Origin: a candidate division LCP-89 bacterium B3_LCP
GTDB lineage: Bacteria; Electryoneota; B3-LCP
Reading direction: 5' to 3'
Assembly: GCA_005223185.1 (NCBI GenBank)
Contig: NJBN01000001.1
Span: 309,210 to 373,209, forward strand
Length of the DNA: 64,000 nt
Shown here: piece by piece, positions 38,741 to 47,643 of the stretch
Layout of the letters: every line of letters begins with the position of its first letter
Numbering within the stretch: the stretch's first letter is position 1
The notes under the pieces: model-generated
Databases searched by the model: none
The model's input: only the letters and a program-made list of their open reading frames with translations
Told to the model about the DNA's origin: nothing
Made by a program: the position numbers and the translations under genes

Positions 38741-39445
38741 TTACTCCACTTCAACCTCGGTGGAAACTCGCTTGTAAACCTGCTCGGAAACGTCCAGGTT
38801 ATTCTGTTTCATCTCGTATTCGCGCCGCTTCAGGCGAGACATCATGAAGGCGCGCCTCAATTTTCCCACGCCTAATGTCTTGAGAAGTGCTTGTGTTTCT
38901 TCGCCATCTTCACCCTGTGAATAAGCCATCAGCAGTCGGCGCCGGGCGCGGTGGATGCGTCCTTCCTTCATGTGCAGCTTGCCTAAGAGAAAGTTCGCCT
39001 TAGCCCGGTGCTGCCGGGGATTGGATCCACCGGTGACCTTAGTAGCAATCCTCAAGGACGCTAAGGCTTCGTCAACCCGGCTGCATGCCGCCAGCGCTTC
39101 AGCTAACCCGCAATGATAGCGGACATTATCAGTTTCAATTTCACATGCGGATTGCAGGTGGCGTACTGCTTTATCGGGGCGTTTGTGTTTCAACAGCGCC
39201 ATACCGAACTTATACTTCTGTTCCGCCCGCCGCAGTAACTGGTCACAGCGGATTTCTTCGGAAATGCCGGTCTCTTCTTGTTCCAGCAGCAGTTCCAACA
39301 GGGGATCGAAGTAGGAAGGGTCGGTATCCATAGACTGGCGAAATTCCTGCTCAGCTTCTAAAAGGTAACCTTCCCTTTTAAGCTGCAAGCCCTTCTTGTA
39401 ATGTTCCTGCGCCGTAGCTCGACGCTCAAATAACGTTTCAACCAT
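38741..39445 (-). CDS. TPR-repeat protein
   Basis: Several TPR-like helices (EHYKKGLQLKREGYLLEAEQEF, YKFGMALLKHKRPDKAV, YHCGLAEALAACSRVDEA, ANFLLGKLHMKEGRIHRA). Confidence 0.55.
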   Translation of the reverse strand: MVETLFERRATAQEHYKKGLQLKREGYLLEAEQEFRQSMDTDPSYFDPLLELLLEQEETGISEEIRCDQLLRRAEQKYKFGMALLKHKRPDKAVRHLQSACEIETDNVRYHCGLAEALAACSRVDEALASLRIATKVTGGSNPRQHRAKANFLLGKLHMKEGRIHRARRRLLMAYSQGEDGEETQALLKTLGVGKLRRAFMMSRLKRREYEMKQNNLDVSEQVYKRVSTEVEVE

Positions 39446-39681
39446 GCTTAAACCTGTAATTTAACAAATTGCAGATGAGCTTAATGCAATATGGGTGCCG
39501 GAAACGGGGCGTAGAGCTTTAATTTTTCTAAATCAGCGAAATATATGAAGAGAACGAGGCATTGATTTAGATGCGTTCCGAAATTACTATTTGATATTCA
39601 TTTGAAAAGCGGCTATTTTTAGCCAGTTGGGATACTTTGCGGATCCTTATTGCCAGCGTTGCGAAATCAAAAGCAAAGGGG

Positions 39682-39710
39682 TTGACATTACCAATCCATT
39701 ATGTTATTTT
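39682..39710 (+). promoter_or_regulatory. sigma70-like promoter (TTGACA-17nt-TATTTT) for tRNA-Ala
   Basis: TTGACA at 39682-39687, a 17-nt spacer, TATTTT at 39705-39710. The tRNA 5' end lies about 24 nt downstream. Confidence 0.4.
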
Positions 39711-39733
39711 ATTTACTCGCGGAATGTTTGGAA

Positions 39734-39806
39734 GGGGCTGTAGCTCAGCTGGGAGAGCGATACGTTCGCAACGTATAGGTCGGCGGTTCGATCCCGCTCA
39801 GCTCCA
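39734..39806 (+). tRNA. tRNA-Ala (anticodon CGC)
   Basis: Cloverleaf folds by hand. Acceptor ggggctg/cagctcc includes the G3:U70 Ala identity pair. D-arm gctc-agctggg-agagc. Anticodon stem atacg/cgtat with loop ttCGCaa. T-arm ggcgg-ttcgatc-ccgct. Discriminator A. CCA is not encoded. Confidence 0.9.
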
Positions 39807-39812
39807 CATTTT

Positions 39813-39839
39813 AAATTATGAATTATGAATTATGAATTG
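39813..39839. repeat. (AATTATG)n tandem heptamer, copy 1 of a 27-nt direct repeat flanking the SRP RNA
   Basis: aaattatgaattatgaattatgaattg is identical to the copy at 40141-40167. Confidence 0.8.
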
Positions 39840-39867
39840 CAGGTTCGGTTTTTATCCTTTATTTTAT

Positions 39868-40136
39868 GCTGTGCTAGGCGGGGAGTTAGCGGTGCCCTGT
39901 AGCCCGAAATCCGCTCATGCGGGGCCGAATACCCACGATTGAGGTCTTTTTGCTTCCGGACCCTGTAAGGCACGTGATGTAGAAGGTCAAGTCCCGCGCA
40001 ATGGGATGTCGCCCAACCCCGTCAGGCCCGGAAGGGAGCAGCGGTAAGTGATAATTGCATGTGCCGCGGGGCAGCTTGGCTGGAATCGGCGACCTTCAGG
40101 TGAAACGATAGCGAAAGTTCGAAGGTGGGGCACAGC
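39868..40136 (+). ncRNA. ffs: signal recognition particle RNA, long form with Alu domain (Bacillus scRNA-like)
   Basis: Domain IV motif GUCAGGCCCGGAAGGGAGCAGC at about 40022-40043. The 5' Alu-domain consensus GUGCUAGGCGGGGAG.UAGCGGUGCCCUGUA...GGGCCGAAU is present. The 5' gcugug pairs with the 3' cacagc. Length about 269 nt. It sits immediately upstream of dnaX-ybaB-recR as in Bacillus. Confidence 0.8.
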
Positions 40137-40140
40137 TTTG

Positions 40141-40167
40141 AAATTATGAATTATGAATTATGAATTG
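40141..40167. repeat. (AATTATG)n tandem heptamer, copy 2 of the 27-nt direct repeat
   Basis: Identical to 39813-39839. Confidence 0.8.
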
Positions 40168-40207
40168 TCTGGTTTAAGCCCTAGGTCATAGTCCTTAAGG
40201 TGAATTA

Positions 40208-41830
40208 GTGTCGTTTTTAGTTACAGCCAGGAAATGGCGTCCTCAGAAGTTCGAGGAAGTGGTGGGTCAGGATGGAGTATCCAGAACCCTGCAGAACGCC
40301 ATCAAAGCGGGCAGGATAGCACATTCCTATATCTTCGCCGGACCGCGGGGTATCGGTAAAACTACCACTGCCCGGCTGTTGGCTAAAGCTATAAACTGCT
40401 CTAAAGGACCCACCCCCGATCCTTGTGGCCAATGCGTTCCCTGCAAGGAAATCCCTGATGGCCGGTGTATGGACGTTCTGGAGATAGACGGGGCTTCCAA
40501 CCGCGGTGTTGGTGAAATCAGAAACCTGCGGGACAACATTCATTTCAATCCCGCATCCTGCAGGAAGAAGATATACATCATCGATGAAGTTCACATGCTC
40601 ACTATCGAGGCTTTCAATGCACTTCTGAAAACACTGGAAGAGCCCCCTGCGCACGCCCTGTTCATCTTTGCCACAACCGAAATTAACCGGGTTCCGGCGA
40701 CCATTTTATCGAGATGCCAACGCTTCGATTTCCGGCGGCTGGCTACCGCGGAGATAAGTGGTCATCTGAGACATATTGCAGACCAGGAGGGACTAAAGGC
40801 GACTGATGAAGCGATAGGTCTGATCGCTCGCCGGGCAGACGGTGCCATGAGGGATGCACAGAGTTTGTTAGATCAAATGGCGACATTTTCCCCGGAAGGG
40901 ATCACTGCTGAAGAGGTGCGCACAGCATTGGGGATCGTACCGGAGGAGCTTTACTTTAAGGTGTCGGACTTAGTAAAAGATAATCGTACTCAGGACGTTT
41001 TCACCATAGTTGAGGACTTCGATACACGCGGCTTAAGCCCCGGTGAGTTGCTGCGGGGGCTATGTGATCATTTCCTGAATTTGATGAAGGCTGCAGAACC
41101 CAGCGGCGTCGAATACATTGAAGCGCCGGATGAAGTCAGGAATCAGTATCGGCAGGAAGCGCCCAAGTTCAAGCAAAATGACCTGCTGCGTATCCTGGCA
41201 ATCTTGCAGGAGGCTTTCAGTGAAATCCGCAGGCATCCTCAACCGCGCCTGAAGCTGGAATTGACCCTGCTGCGGCTGGCGTCCCTGGAACGAACCGCCA
41301 GTATTGAGGAACTTATCGATTCGCTTCAAGGGAATAAGCCGCCCCAGCCACCTGGCGGAGGTGATGAACCCAAAGTTACCACGCCGGATAAAAGCAGATC
41401 GTCAACTCCACCGGAACCGCCTCCTGAACCTGTCAGTACGCGAATCAAGGAACCGCCCACTACTGAAACGCTGCCTCTGGATATGGCTGTTATCAAGTCA
41501 CGCTGGTCAAGCGTGGTTGAACGTATCTGTGCTGGGAATGTTCCTTTGGTGAGTCAGTTGAAATTAGGGATGCCCCGAAAGTTGGAAGATGATATCCTGA
41601 CGGTAGGTTTCGGGCTGGATTTTCACGATATGCAGATAGAGAGGCTACAGAAGGTTGCTGCTTCAGGGAACCTTGACGATGGCATAAAGCAGGTTTTTGC
41701 AAGTCCGCTTAGGATTCGATTTGAACGGCTGTCAAAAGCGGAGATGGAAGAAGTAGCGAAGTCAGTTGAAGATGAGGATCCTCTGGAGACTGAATTAATT
41801 CGTTGTTTGGGTGCGAAACGCATTGCCTGA
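40208..41830 (+). CDS. dnaX: DNA polymerase III subunit gamma/tau
   Basis: Walker A GPRGIGKTT, Zn-module CGQCVPC, DEVHML and a SRC sensor. GTG start with RBS aaggtga. Confidence 0.9.
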   Translation: MSFLVTARKWRPQKFEEVVGQDGVSRTLQNAIKAGRIAHSYIFAGPRGIGKTTTARLLAKAINCSKGPTPDPCGQCVPCKEIPDGRCMDVLEIDGASNRGVGEIRNLRDNIHFNPASCRKKIYIIDEVHMLTIEAFNALLKTLEEPPAHALFIFATTEINRVPATILSRCQRFDFRRLATAEISGHLRHIADQEGLKATDEAIGLIARRADGAMRDAQSLLDQMATFSPEGITAEEVRTALGIVPEELYFKVSDLVKDNRTQDVFTIVEDFDTRGLSPGELLRGLCDHFLNLMKAAEPSGVEYIEAPDEVRNQYRQEAPKFKQNDLLRILAILQEAFSEIRRHPQPRLKLELTLLRLASLERTASIEELIDSLQGNKPPQPPGGGDEPKVTTPDKSRSSTPPEPPPEPVSTRIKEPPTTETLPLDMAVIKSRWSSVVERICAGNVPLVSQLKLGMPRKLEDDILTVGFGLDFHDMQIERLQKVAASGNLDDGIKQVFASPLRIRFERLSKAEMEEVAKSVEDEDPLETELIRCLGAKRIA

Positions 41831-41859
41831 ATACAATAAAAAGAAAATAGAGGTATATA

Positions 41860-42198
41860 ATGAAGCGATCCGGTATGGGAGGACTGCTTAAGCAGGCGCA
41901 GAAGCTTCAGGAAGACATGGCTAAAGCGCAGGCTGAATTGGAAACCATCGAAGTTGAAGGAAGCGCCGGTGGAGGCGTAGTAACGGTGCGGGCGTCCGGG
42001 AAACAGGAAATACTGGAGATCAAGATCGATCGGGACGTCATCGATCCTGAAGACTCCGAAATGCTTGAGGACCTAATCGTCGCTGCCGTCAACCAGGCGC
42101 TGCAGAACGCTAAAGCGGCTGGTGAAGAGAAGATGTCATCGGTAACTTCCGGTTTGATGGGTGGGCTACCACCGGGATTGAAACTGCCGGGTATGTAG
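41860..42198 (+). CDS. ybaB: YbaB/EbfC nucleoid-associated protein
   Basis: 112 aa. MGGLLKQAQKLQEDMAKAQAELE...VEGSAGGGVVTV is the canonical YbaB sequence, in the conserved position between dnaX and recR. Confidence 0.85.
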   Translation: MKRSGMGGLLKQAQKLQEDMAKAQAELETIEVEGSAGGGVVTVRASGKQEILEIKIDRDVIDPEDSEMLEDLIVAAVNQALQNAKAAGEEKMSSVTSGLMGGLPPGLKLPGM

Positions 42199-42212
42199 GA
42201 GCGGGTGAATTT

Positions 42213-42812
42213 ATGTCTTCTATACCAACATCACTTCAGAACTTGATCGATGAATTCGCTAAGCTTCCGGGAGTGGGGAAAAAGTCCGCCGGGCGCATGG
42301 CAATTTACGTGCTGAAGAATTCTTCTGATAAAGCGCGGCAGTTAGCCGATGCTCTGGTAGCTCTGAAGGAAAAAGTGGTTATCTGCCGCACCTGTTATAA
42401 CATAGCTGAAGGCGAACAGTGTCCTATCTGTTCCGATCCCAAACGGGATCGGGTGACAATCTGCGTGGTGGAACAGGCTTCTGACATACTGCCGGTAGAG
42501 AAATCCGGGGCGTACTTCGGTCTCTATCACGTGCTGGGTGGAGTTCTCTCGCCCTTGGATCATCAGAACGAAGAGCAACTCCATATTGGCAGCCTGATCA
42601 AACGGATCGAACGGGATGGAACGAAGGAAGTAATTGTCGCCACTAATCCCACCACTGAGGGTGAAACTACGGCGATGCTGTTAGCTCAGCGGTTGCAGCA
42701 TCTGGACGTGAAGGTTACCAGGATCGCACGGGGTCTGCCGGTGGGATCGGAATTGGAATTTGCGGATGAGGCGACGCTGACGCGGGCACTGCAAGGGAGA
42801 GGAGAGCTTTAG
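42213..42812 (+). CDS. recR: recombination protein RecR
   Basis: HhH motif LIDEFAKLPGVGKKSAGRMA, C4 zinc finger CRTCYNIAEGEQCPIC and a Toprim domain. Confidence 0.9.
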   Translation: MSSIPTSLQNLIDEFAKLPGVGKKSAGRMAIYVLKNSSDKARQLADALVALKEKVVICRTCYNIAEGEQCPICSDPKRDRVTICVVEQASDILPVEKSGAYFGLYHVLGGVLSPLDHQNEEQLHIGSLIKRIERDGTKEVIVATNPTTEGETTAMLLAQRLQHLDVKVTRIARGLPVGSELEFADEATLTRALQGRGEL

Positions 42813-42821
42813 CGCGGTGCT

Positions 42822-42862
42822 CATTGCAGATTGCAGAATGCAAATTGGAAATTTTAAATATA
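42822..42862. repeat. about 40-nt repeat (copy A), candidate promoter/regulatory element upstream of the rhodanese gene
   Basis: cattgcagattgcagaatgcaaattggaaattttaaat is about 85% identical to 43888-43928. Confidence 0.6.
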
Positions 42863-42875
42863 ATGGAAATGAGCC

Positions 42876-43907
42876 ATGACTACAGGGAATAAGATATACT
42901 TCTCATTGATTATTATTTTCAGTATCCTGATAGTTGGCTGCGGGAAGAGTAAACAGGAGACGGCCCAGCAGGTACAGGAGAAAGATTTCTACACTGAAAT
43001 CGCTCAGTTGGGCAGCGAGTATTTCAGTTCCAAGACGAAGAACATTCTAGCAAAAGACCTTTGGGCGGAAATTCAAGCGGGGGATAGTCCCTTCATCATC
43101 GATATGCGCAAACCAGGTCTTTTCGATTCTTTGGGGCATATTGATGGCGCCGTCAACTGGACCAAGAATCAGGTGATGGATAACTTGGATCGCATCCCTA
43201 AAGATGCCAAAGTGGTCTGCGTCTGCAAAGCTGGTTTAATGAGTTCGCAATTGACTTCCATCTTGAGGTTGTTGGGATACGATGCCTATAGCCTCAAATG
43301 GGGCATGTGCGGTTGGACTTCGAATCATACTATGAATTTAGGTGTATGGGGTAACCAGAAGCCGGGAAATCAGACGCTGGAAACTACACCAGTATCTACG
43401 AATGATGTATATAATCCGCCTCAAGCTATGTGCGAAGCTGTGGGTGTCAGAGAGGCGATAATTAAGCTGACCGATGCCTATTTCGAATCGGCTGATGAGC
43501 ATTTGAACGTCATTAAAGCGGAAGAGTTATACGCTTTGCTGGAAGATGATGATGCGGATAACGACCCCTTCGTGGTCAGCTATCAGCCGGAGGCTAATTA
43601 CAGCGCGGGGCATATTCCGGGTGGGCATCTGTTTCCGTTCGGTACATTCGGACCGGAACGGTTGAGACAGCTTCCCACCGACCGTCTTATCGTGGTGCAC
43701 TGTTACAGCGGGCAGACTACCGGGCAGTTGGCTTCCTACTTAAGCATTTTGGGTTACCAGGTTCGCAACCTGAAATTCGGCATTAACGCCATTACCGATG
43801 ACCCGGCGATTTTGAAGCACTGGAAGAAAGACAAACTCTGTAAGTATAAAGCGCCGAAGAAAGATTTGCCGGTGGTGGCGCTACACGCATTGCAGCTTAC
43901 AGATTGA
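42876..43907 (+). CDS. tandem-rhodanese-domain lipoprotein (sulfurtransferase-like)
   Basis: Lipobox ILIVGCG. Two rhodanese modules with active-site-like Cys loops (VVCVCKAGLMSSQ, VVHCYSGQTTGQ). Confidence 0.65.
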   Translation: MTTGNKIYFSLIIIFSILIVGCGKSKQETAQQVQEKDFYTEIAQLGSEYFSSKTKNILAKDLWAEIQAGDSPFIIDMRKPGLFDSLGHIDGAVNWTKNQVMDNLDRIPKDAKVVCVCKAGLMSSQLTSILRLLGYDAYSLKWGMCGWTSNHTMNLGVWGNQKPGNQTLETTPVSTNDVYNPPQAMCEAVGVREAIIKLTDAYFESADEHLNVIKAEELYALLEDDDADNDPFVVSYQPEANYSAGHIPGGHLFPFGTFGPERLRQLPTDRLIVVHCYSGQTTGQLASYLSILGYQVRNLKFGINAITDDPAILKHWKKDKLCKYKAPKKDLPVVALHALQLTD

Positions 43908-43928
43908 AAATTGGAAATTTTAAATTTG
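43888..43928. repeat. about 40-nt repeat (copy B), overlapping the last 7 codons of the rhodanese gene and preceding the low-GC ORF
   Basis: cattgcagcttacagattgaaaattggaaattttaaat followed by ttg, forming a TAAATTTG element (Bacteroidetes-type -7 motif TAnnTTTG). Confidence 0.6.
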
Positions 43929-43932
43929 ATCT

Positions 43933-44424
43933 ATGACGACGGAGATAGGCGAATACATTGTTGGGGCGTATCTGCAATTGATAAAGGACTGTGATGTTGT
44001 GGATTATAACGTTAGACCGCCAGAAAGAGGTCTAAAGGGATTGAATGAGTTTGATGTGCTTGGTTTTAACTTTAAAGAAAATATTGTATATCTTTGTGAA
44101 GTAAAAACTCATATCACTGGATTGCATTATAAACACTGCGAAAAAATAAAATCTAAATATAATAGCCAACGGGAATACGCCAGGAAATATCTTAATACTT
44201 TCGATGAGCACATCTATATGTTCTGGTCACCGGTTGTTCCAGAAGGGCGATTAACGAAAGAGTTGAGGAATATTCGGGGATTGGAACTTAAGATTAATGA
44301 TATCTATACCAATTGTATAAATCAATTAGCACAGGTTGCGAAGAGCAGAAATATCGATATAGGCAATCCGTTTTTTCGTTCGCTTCAAATAATTCAACAC
44401 CTACGCGGTTCAAAGGAATTTTGA
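43933..44424 (+). CDS. hypothetical protein, possible PD-(D/E)xK nuclease fold; low-GC (about 37%) gene
   Basis: 163 aa. The spacing E(GEYIVGAYL)...D(EFDVLGF)...E-V-K(YLCEVKT) fits the PD-(D/E)xK motif I-II-III. Its AT-rich composition contrasts with about 50% GC neighbours. Confidence 0.4.
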   Translation: MTTEIGEYIVGAYLQLIKDCDVVDYNVRPPERGLKGLNEFDVLGFNFKENIVYLCEVKTHITGLHYKHCEKIKSKYNSQREYARKYLNTFDEHIYMFWSPVVPEGRLTKELRNIRGLELKINDIYTNCINQLAQVAKSRNIDIGNPFFRSLQIIQHLRGSKEF

Positions 44425-44506
44425 AATTTACATTATAACCTAAACTGAAAGAATAACCAACTTACCATAAGAATAAAGATCGGCTTTAAAATACAAAGGA
44501 ACCCAC

Positions 44507-45091
44507 ATGACCGACACAGGAAAAAAGATGCTGGAGATACGCTGGCATGGGCGCGGAGGGCAGGGAGCCGTTACCGCATCCAAGGTGCTGGCGGAATCAG
44601 CTATGTCGTTGGGTAAGCAAATACAGGCGTTTCCCGAATACGGTAGCGAACGCCAGGGTGCGCCGGTGAAAGCGTTCACGCGCATCGCTGACCAGCGCAT
44701 CAGACAGCACAACCAGGTAACCGAACCGGACGTAGTGATCGTCCTGGACCCGACCCTGCTGGATGCGGTGGACGTTACCGAAGGGCTGATGGAAAACGGC
44801 ACCTTAATTATCAACACGGAGAGTTCACCAGCAGAAATTCGTCAACAGATGGGCTTGAAAGGGCGTACACTATATACAGTTGACGCCACCGGCATTTCAC
44901 TGCGTAATTTAGGCAAAGCTATTCCCAATACTCCCATGATAGGGGCTTTAGTAGGCGCTATGAAGCTGTTAGATCCCAAACTGGTAGCGGAGGACTTCCG
45001 GGTGAAATTTCAGGGCAAGTTCAAGGATGAAATAATCGAAGGCAACGTTCAGAGCATACTGGACGCTTCGAAGGAGGTCAGGGCAGAATGA
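44507..45091 (+). CDS. porG: 2-oxoacid (pyruvate/ketoisovalerate):ferredoxin oxidoreductase gamma subunit
   Basis: MLEIRWHGRGGQGAVTASKVLAE is the canonical PorG N-terminus. About 194 aa. Confidence 0.85.
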   Translation: MTDTGKKMLEIRWHGRGGQGAVTASKVLAESAMSLGKQIQAFPEYGSERQGAPVKAFTRIADQRIRQHNQVTEPDVVIVLDPTLLDAVDVTEGLMENGTLIINTESSPAEIRQQMGLKGRTLYTVDATGISLRNLGKAIPNTPMIGALVGAMKLLDPKLVAEDFRVKFQGKFKDEIIEGNVQSILDASKEVRAE

Positions 45092-45381
45092 AGAAGTATT
45101 TTGAAGCGACCTACGACAAACTTCCGCTGGCTGGTGTGATCGAAGAGGCGGGAAACGCCCAGGGTTACGAAACCGGCAGTTGGGGGACTTTCCGGCCGGT
45201 GTTTCATGAGGAAATCTGCATACACTGCATGTTCTGCTGGGTTTACTGCCCGGACACCGCCATTCAGGTCGAAGACGGCAAGGTGGTGGGGATAGATTAT
45301 GTCCACTGCAAGGGCTGTGAAATCTGTTCTGTGGAATGCCCCACAAAACCGGAAAAAGCGATCACAATGGAGAAGAAATAG
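45088..45381 (+). CDS. porD: 2-oxoacid:ferredoxin oxidoreductase delta subunit (2x[4Fe-4S] ferredoxin)
   Basis: Two CxxCxxCxxxCP motifs (CIHCMFCWVYCP, CKGCEICSVECP). ATGA overlap with porG. Confidence 0.85.
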   Translation: MKKYFEATYDKLPLAGVIEEAGNAQGYETGSWGTFRPVFHEEICIHCMFCWVYCPDTAIQVEDGKVVGIDYVHCKGCEICSVECPTKPEKAITMEKK

Positions 45382-45444
45382 AAGGATTGTAGCCCAGTCC
45401 TTTGAATAATTCACAACGATAATTACGTACACGAGGAATATAAA

Positions 45445-46632
45445 ATGCCAGAACAATTGGCTTTAACCGGGAATGAGGCTGTAGCTCACGCCATGAGGCA
45501 GATAAACCCGGACGTGGTGGCAGCTTACCCGATCACTCCCCAAACGTCCATGATGCAGAAGTTCGCTGATTTCGTGGCTGACGGATTGGTGGATAGCGAA
45601 CTGGTATTGGTGGAATCGGAACATTCAGCCATGTCTGCTACGGTGGGATCGCAGGCATCGGGAGCCAGATCGATGACGGCGACTGCGGCTTGCGGTTTGG
45701 CGCTGATGTGGGAGATCCTGGGTATAGCTTCGGCATACCGGCTGCCCATAGTGATGCCGGTAGTGAACCGGGCACTGTCCGGCCCCATCAACATTCAGGG
45801 AGATCATTCTGATAGCATGGGTACTCGCGACTGCGGCTGGATTCACATCTTCAGTGAGAATGCGCAGGAAGCGTACGAAAACACCATTATGGCGATGCGC
45901 ATAGCGGAACATCCCGACGTGTTGACGCCAGCGATGGTGTGTCTGGACGGATTTATAATCAGCCATGGCGTGGAAAGCGTCACCATTTATAAAGATAACC
46001 TGGTGAAGAAGTTCGTGGGAGAATATCAGCCTCACTACACTCTGCTCGACGCCAAACATCCGATTACTTTGGGCGCAATGGATTTTTCCGATTTCTACTT
46101 TGAGCATAAAGTGTCCCAGCTTGATGGTTACAACAATTCACATTCGGTAATACTGGACGTCGGCAGCGAATTCAAAAAGACCTTCGGTGGAGGGGAATGC
46201 TACGAATTCTTCGAAGCTCACAAGATGGATGACGCCGAATATGCTGTTGTGGTCTTGGGATCAACCGCGGGCTCTACTAGAATGGTTGTCGATGATCTGC
46301 GTGCGCAGGGCGTTAAAGCGGGGATGCTGAAGATCCGCGTCTTCCGACCTTTCCCGTATGAAGAAATTGCCAGACTGTTAGCACCTCTTAAAGGGTGCGC
46401 TGTACTGGATCGTTCCATCGCTTACGGCGGAGACGGCGGGCCTGTACACATCGAGGTGCGTTCGGCGTTGTACGGGCAAAGTCCCGTGCCGGTGATGCTG
46501 AATTACATCTACGGTCTGGGCGGCAAACCTATAGAACCGGAACACATACATTCCGCTTTCAAAGATATACAGGAAGCGGTGGCAACAGGTAATGTTAAGA
46601 GACGTGTAGGTTACTTGAACTTGACTGAGTAG
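45445..46632 (+). CDS. porA: 2-oxoacid:ferredoxin oxidoreductase alpha subunit
   Basis: MPEQLALTGNEAVAHAMRQINPDVVAAYPITPQT is the typical PorA start. About 395 aa. Confidence 0.85.
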   Translation: MPEQLALTGNEAVAHAMRQINPDVVAAYPITPQTSMMQKFADFVADGLVDSELVLVESEHSAMSATVGSQASGARSMTATAACGLALMWEILGIASAYRLPIVMPVVNRALSGPINIQGDHSDSMGTRDCGWIHIFSENAQEAYENTIMAMRIAEHPDVLTPAMVCLDGFIISHGVESVTIYKDNLVKKFVGEYQPHYTLLDAKHPITLGAMDFSDFYFEHKVSQLDGYNNSHSVILDVGSEFKKTFGGGECYEFFEAHKMDDAEYAVVVLGSTAGSTRMVVDDLRAQGVKAGMLKIRVFRPFPYEEIARLLAPLKGCAVLDRSIAYGGDGGPVHIEVRSALYGQSPVPVMLNYIYGLGGKPIEPEHIHSAFKDIQEAVATGNVKRRVGYLNLTE

Positions 46633-46696
46633 AAAATCCTGAAAAGAGTAGTTTTTTTTAGGATGAAATAATGACATAGAGAATCCTGGAGATACA

Positions 46697-47620
46697 ATGG
46701 CAAAACTTAAGGACTTATCACTTAAACCCGAACGGTTGACCGGTGGACACCGGCTCTGTCCCGGGTGCGGTGTACCGGCAGTAGCACGGATGGCGCTTTT
46801 GGCAACGGATGCTCACTTAGTTGTGGGTGCTTCGACCGGTTGCCTGGAAGTGTCCACCACCATATATCCATATACAGCCTGGCAGTGCAGTTTTATACAC
46901 AACGCTTTCGAGAACGTAGCTGCTACCATTTCAGGCGTGGAAGCCGCTTATAAAGCGTTGAAGAAGCGTGGCAAAATCAAGGATGAATTCAAGTTTATTG
47001 CCTTTGGCGGCGACGGCGGTACTTACGATATAGGCATCCAGTCGCTTTCGGGAGCGATGGAACGGGGCCATGACATGGTCTATATCTGCTACGACAACGA
47101 AGCATATCAGAACACGGGCAACCAACGTTCTTCCTCAACGCCGATGGGATCGAATACTACCACCACTCCGGTGGGGAAGGAATCTTACGGCAGCGTGGGC
47201 AGACGCAAGGATCTGACCGCTATCATGGCGGCGCATCATATTCCTTATGTTGCTCAGACGACTTCCGATAACTGGAAGGACTTAAACCGTAAATTAGCGC
47301 GGGCTCTGGAAGTGGAAGGCCCCGCCTTTCTCAACATACTCACACCTTGTGTGCCCGGCTGGAAGTATGATGGGAAAGATACCATAAATCTATCCCGCCT
47401 GGCAGCTAAAACCTGTTTCTGGCCTAGCTATGAAGTTGACCACGGTAAGTGGAAACTTAATTACACACCCAAAGAGAAACTCCCGGTAGTGGATTTCCTG
47501 AAGCCTCAGGGACGTTTCCGGCACCTTTTCAGCCCGGAAAACCAGCATGTCATCGACGAACTGCAAAGGGAAGTTGATGATCAGTGGGAGGAATTGCTGG
47601 TGCGCTGCGGGAAGAAGTAG
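46697..47620 (+). CDS. porB: 2-oxoacid:ferredoxin oxidoreductase beta subunit (TPP-binding)
   Basis: CPGCG Cys motif, and TPP motif GGDGGTYDIG...N. Confidence 0.85.
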   Translation: MAKLKDLSLKPERLTGGHRLCPGCGVPAVARMALLATDAHLVVGASTGCLEVSTTIYPYTAWQCSFIHNAFENVAATISGVEAAYKALKKRGKIKDEFKFIAFGGDGGTYDIGIQSLSGAMERGHDMVYICYDNEAYQNTGNQRSSSTPMGSNTTTTPVGKESYGSVGRRKDLTAIMAAHHIPYVAQTTSDNWKDLNRKLARALEVEGPAFLNILTPCVPGWKYDGKDTINLSRLAAKTCFWPSYEVDHGKWKLNYTPKEKLPVVDFLKPQGRFRHLFSPENQHVIDELQREVDDQWEELLVRCGKK

Positions 47621-47643
47621 GAAAACTCTGCATAAGATAGGAT

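Noticed and set aside
39637-39828. 63-aa ORF (TTG start) spanning the tRNA-Ala promoter and the tRNA itself
   Set aside because: It completely overlaps a well-supported tRNA gene and promoter, and it has no RBS or coding signal. It is an ORF-finder artefact.
39813-40167. Heptamer tandem repeats as a possible CRISPR array
   Set aside because: There are only two loci of a 7-nt unit repeated about 3.5 times. There are no 25-40-nt repeat/spacer periodicity and no cas genes. What lies between the repeats is the SRP RNA.
42813-42875. Possible terminator hairpin after recR (cattgcagattgcagaatgcaa)
   Set aside because: The pairing is imperfect and there is no T-tract. The sequence is better explained as part of the 40-nt repeat shared with 43888-43928.
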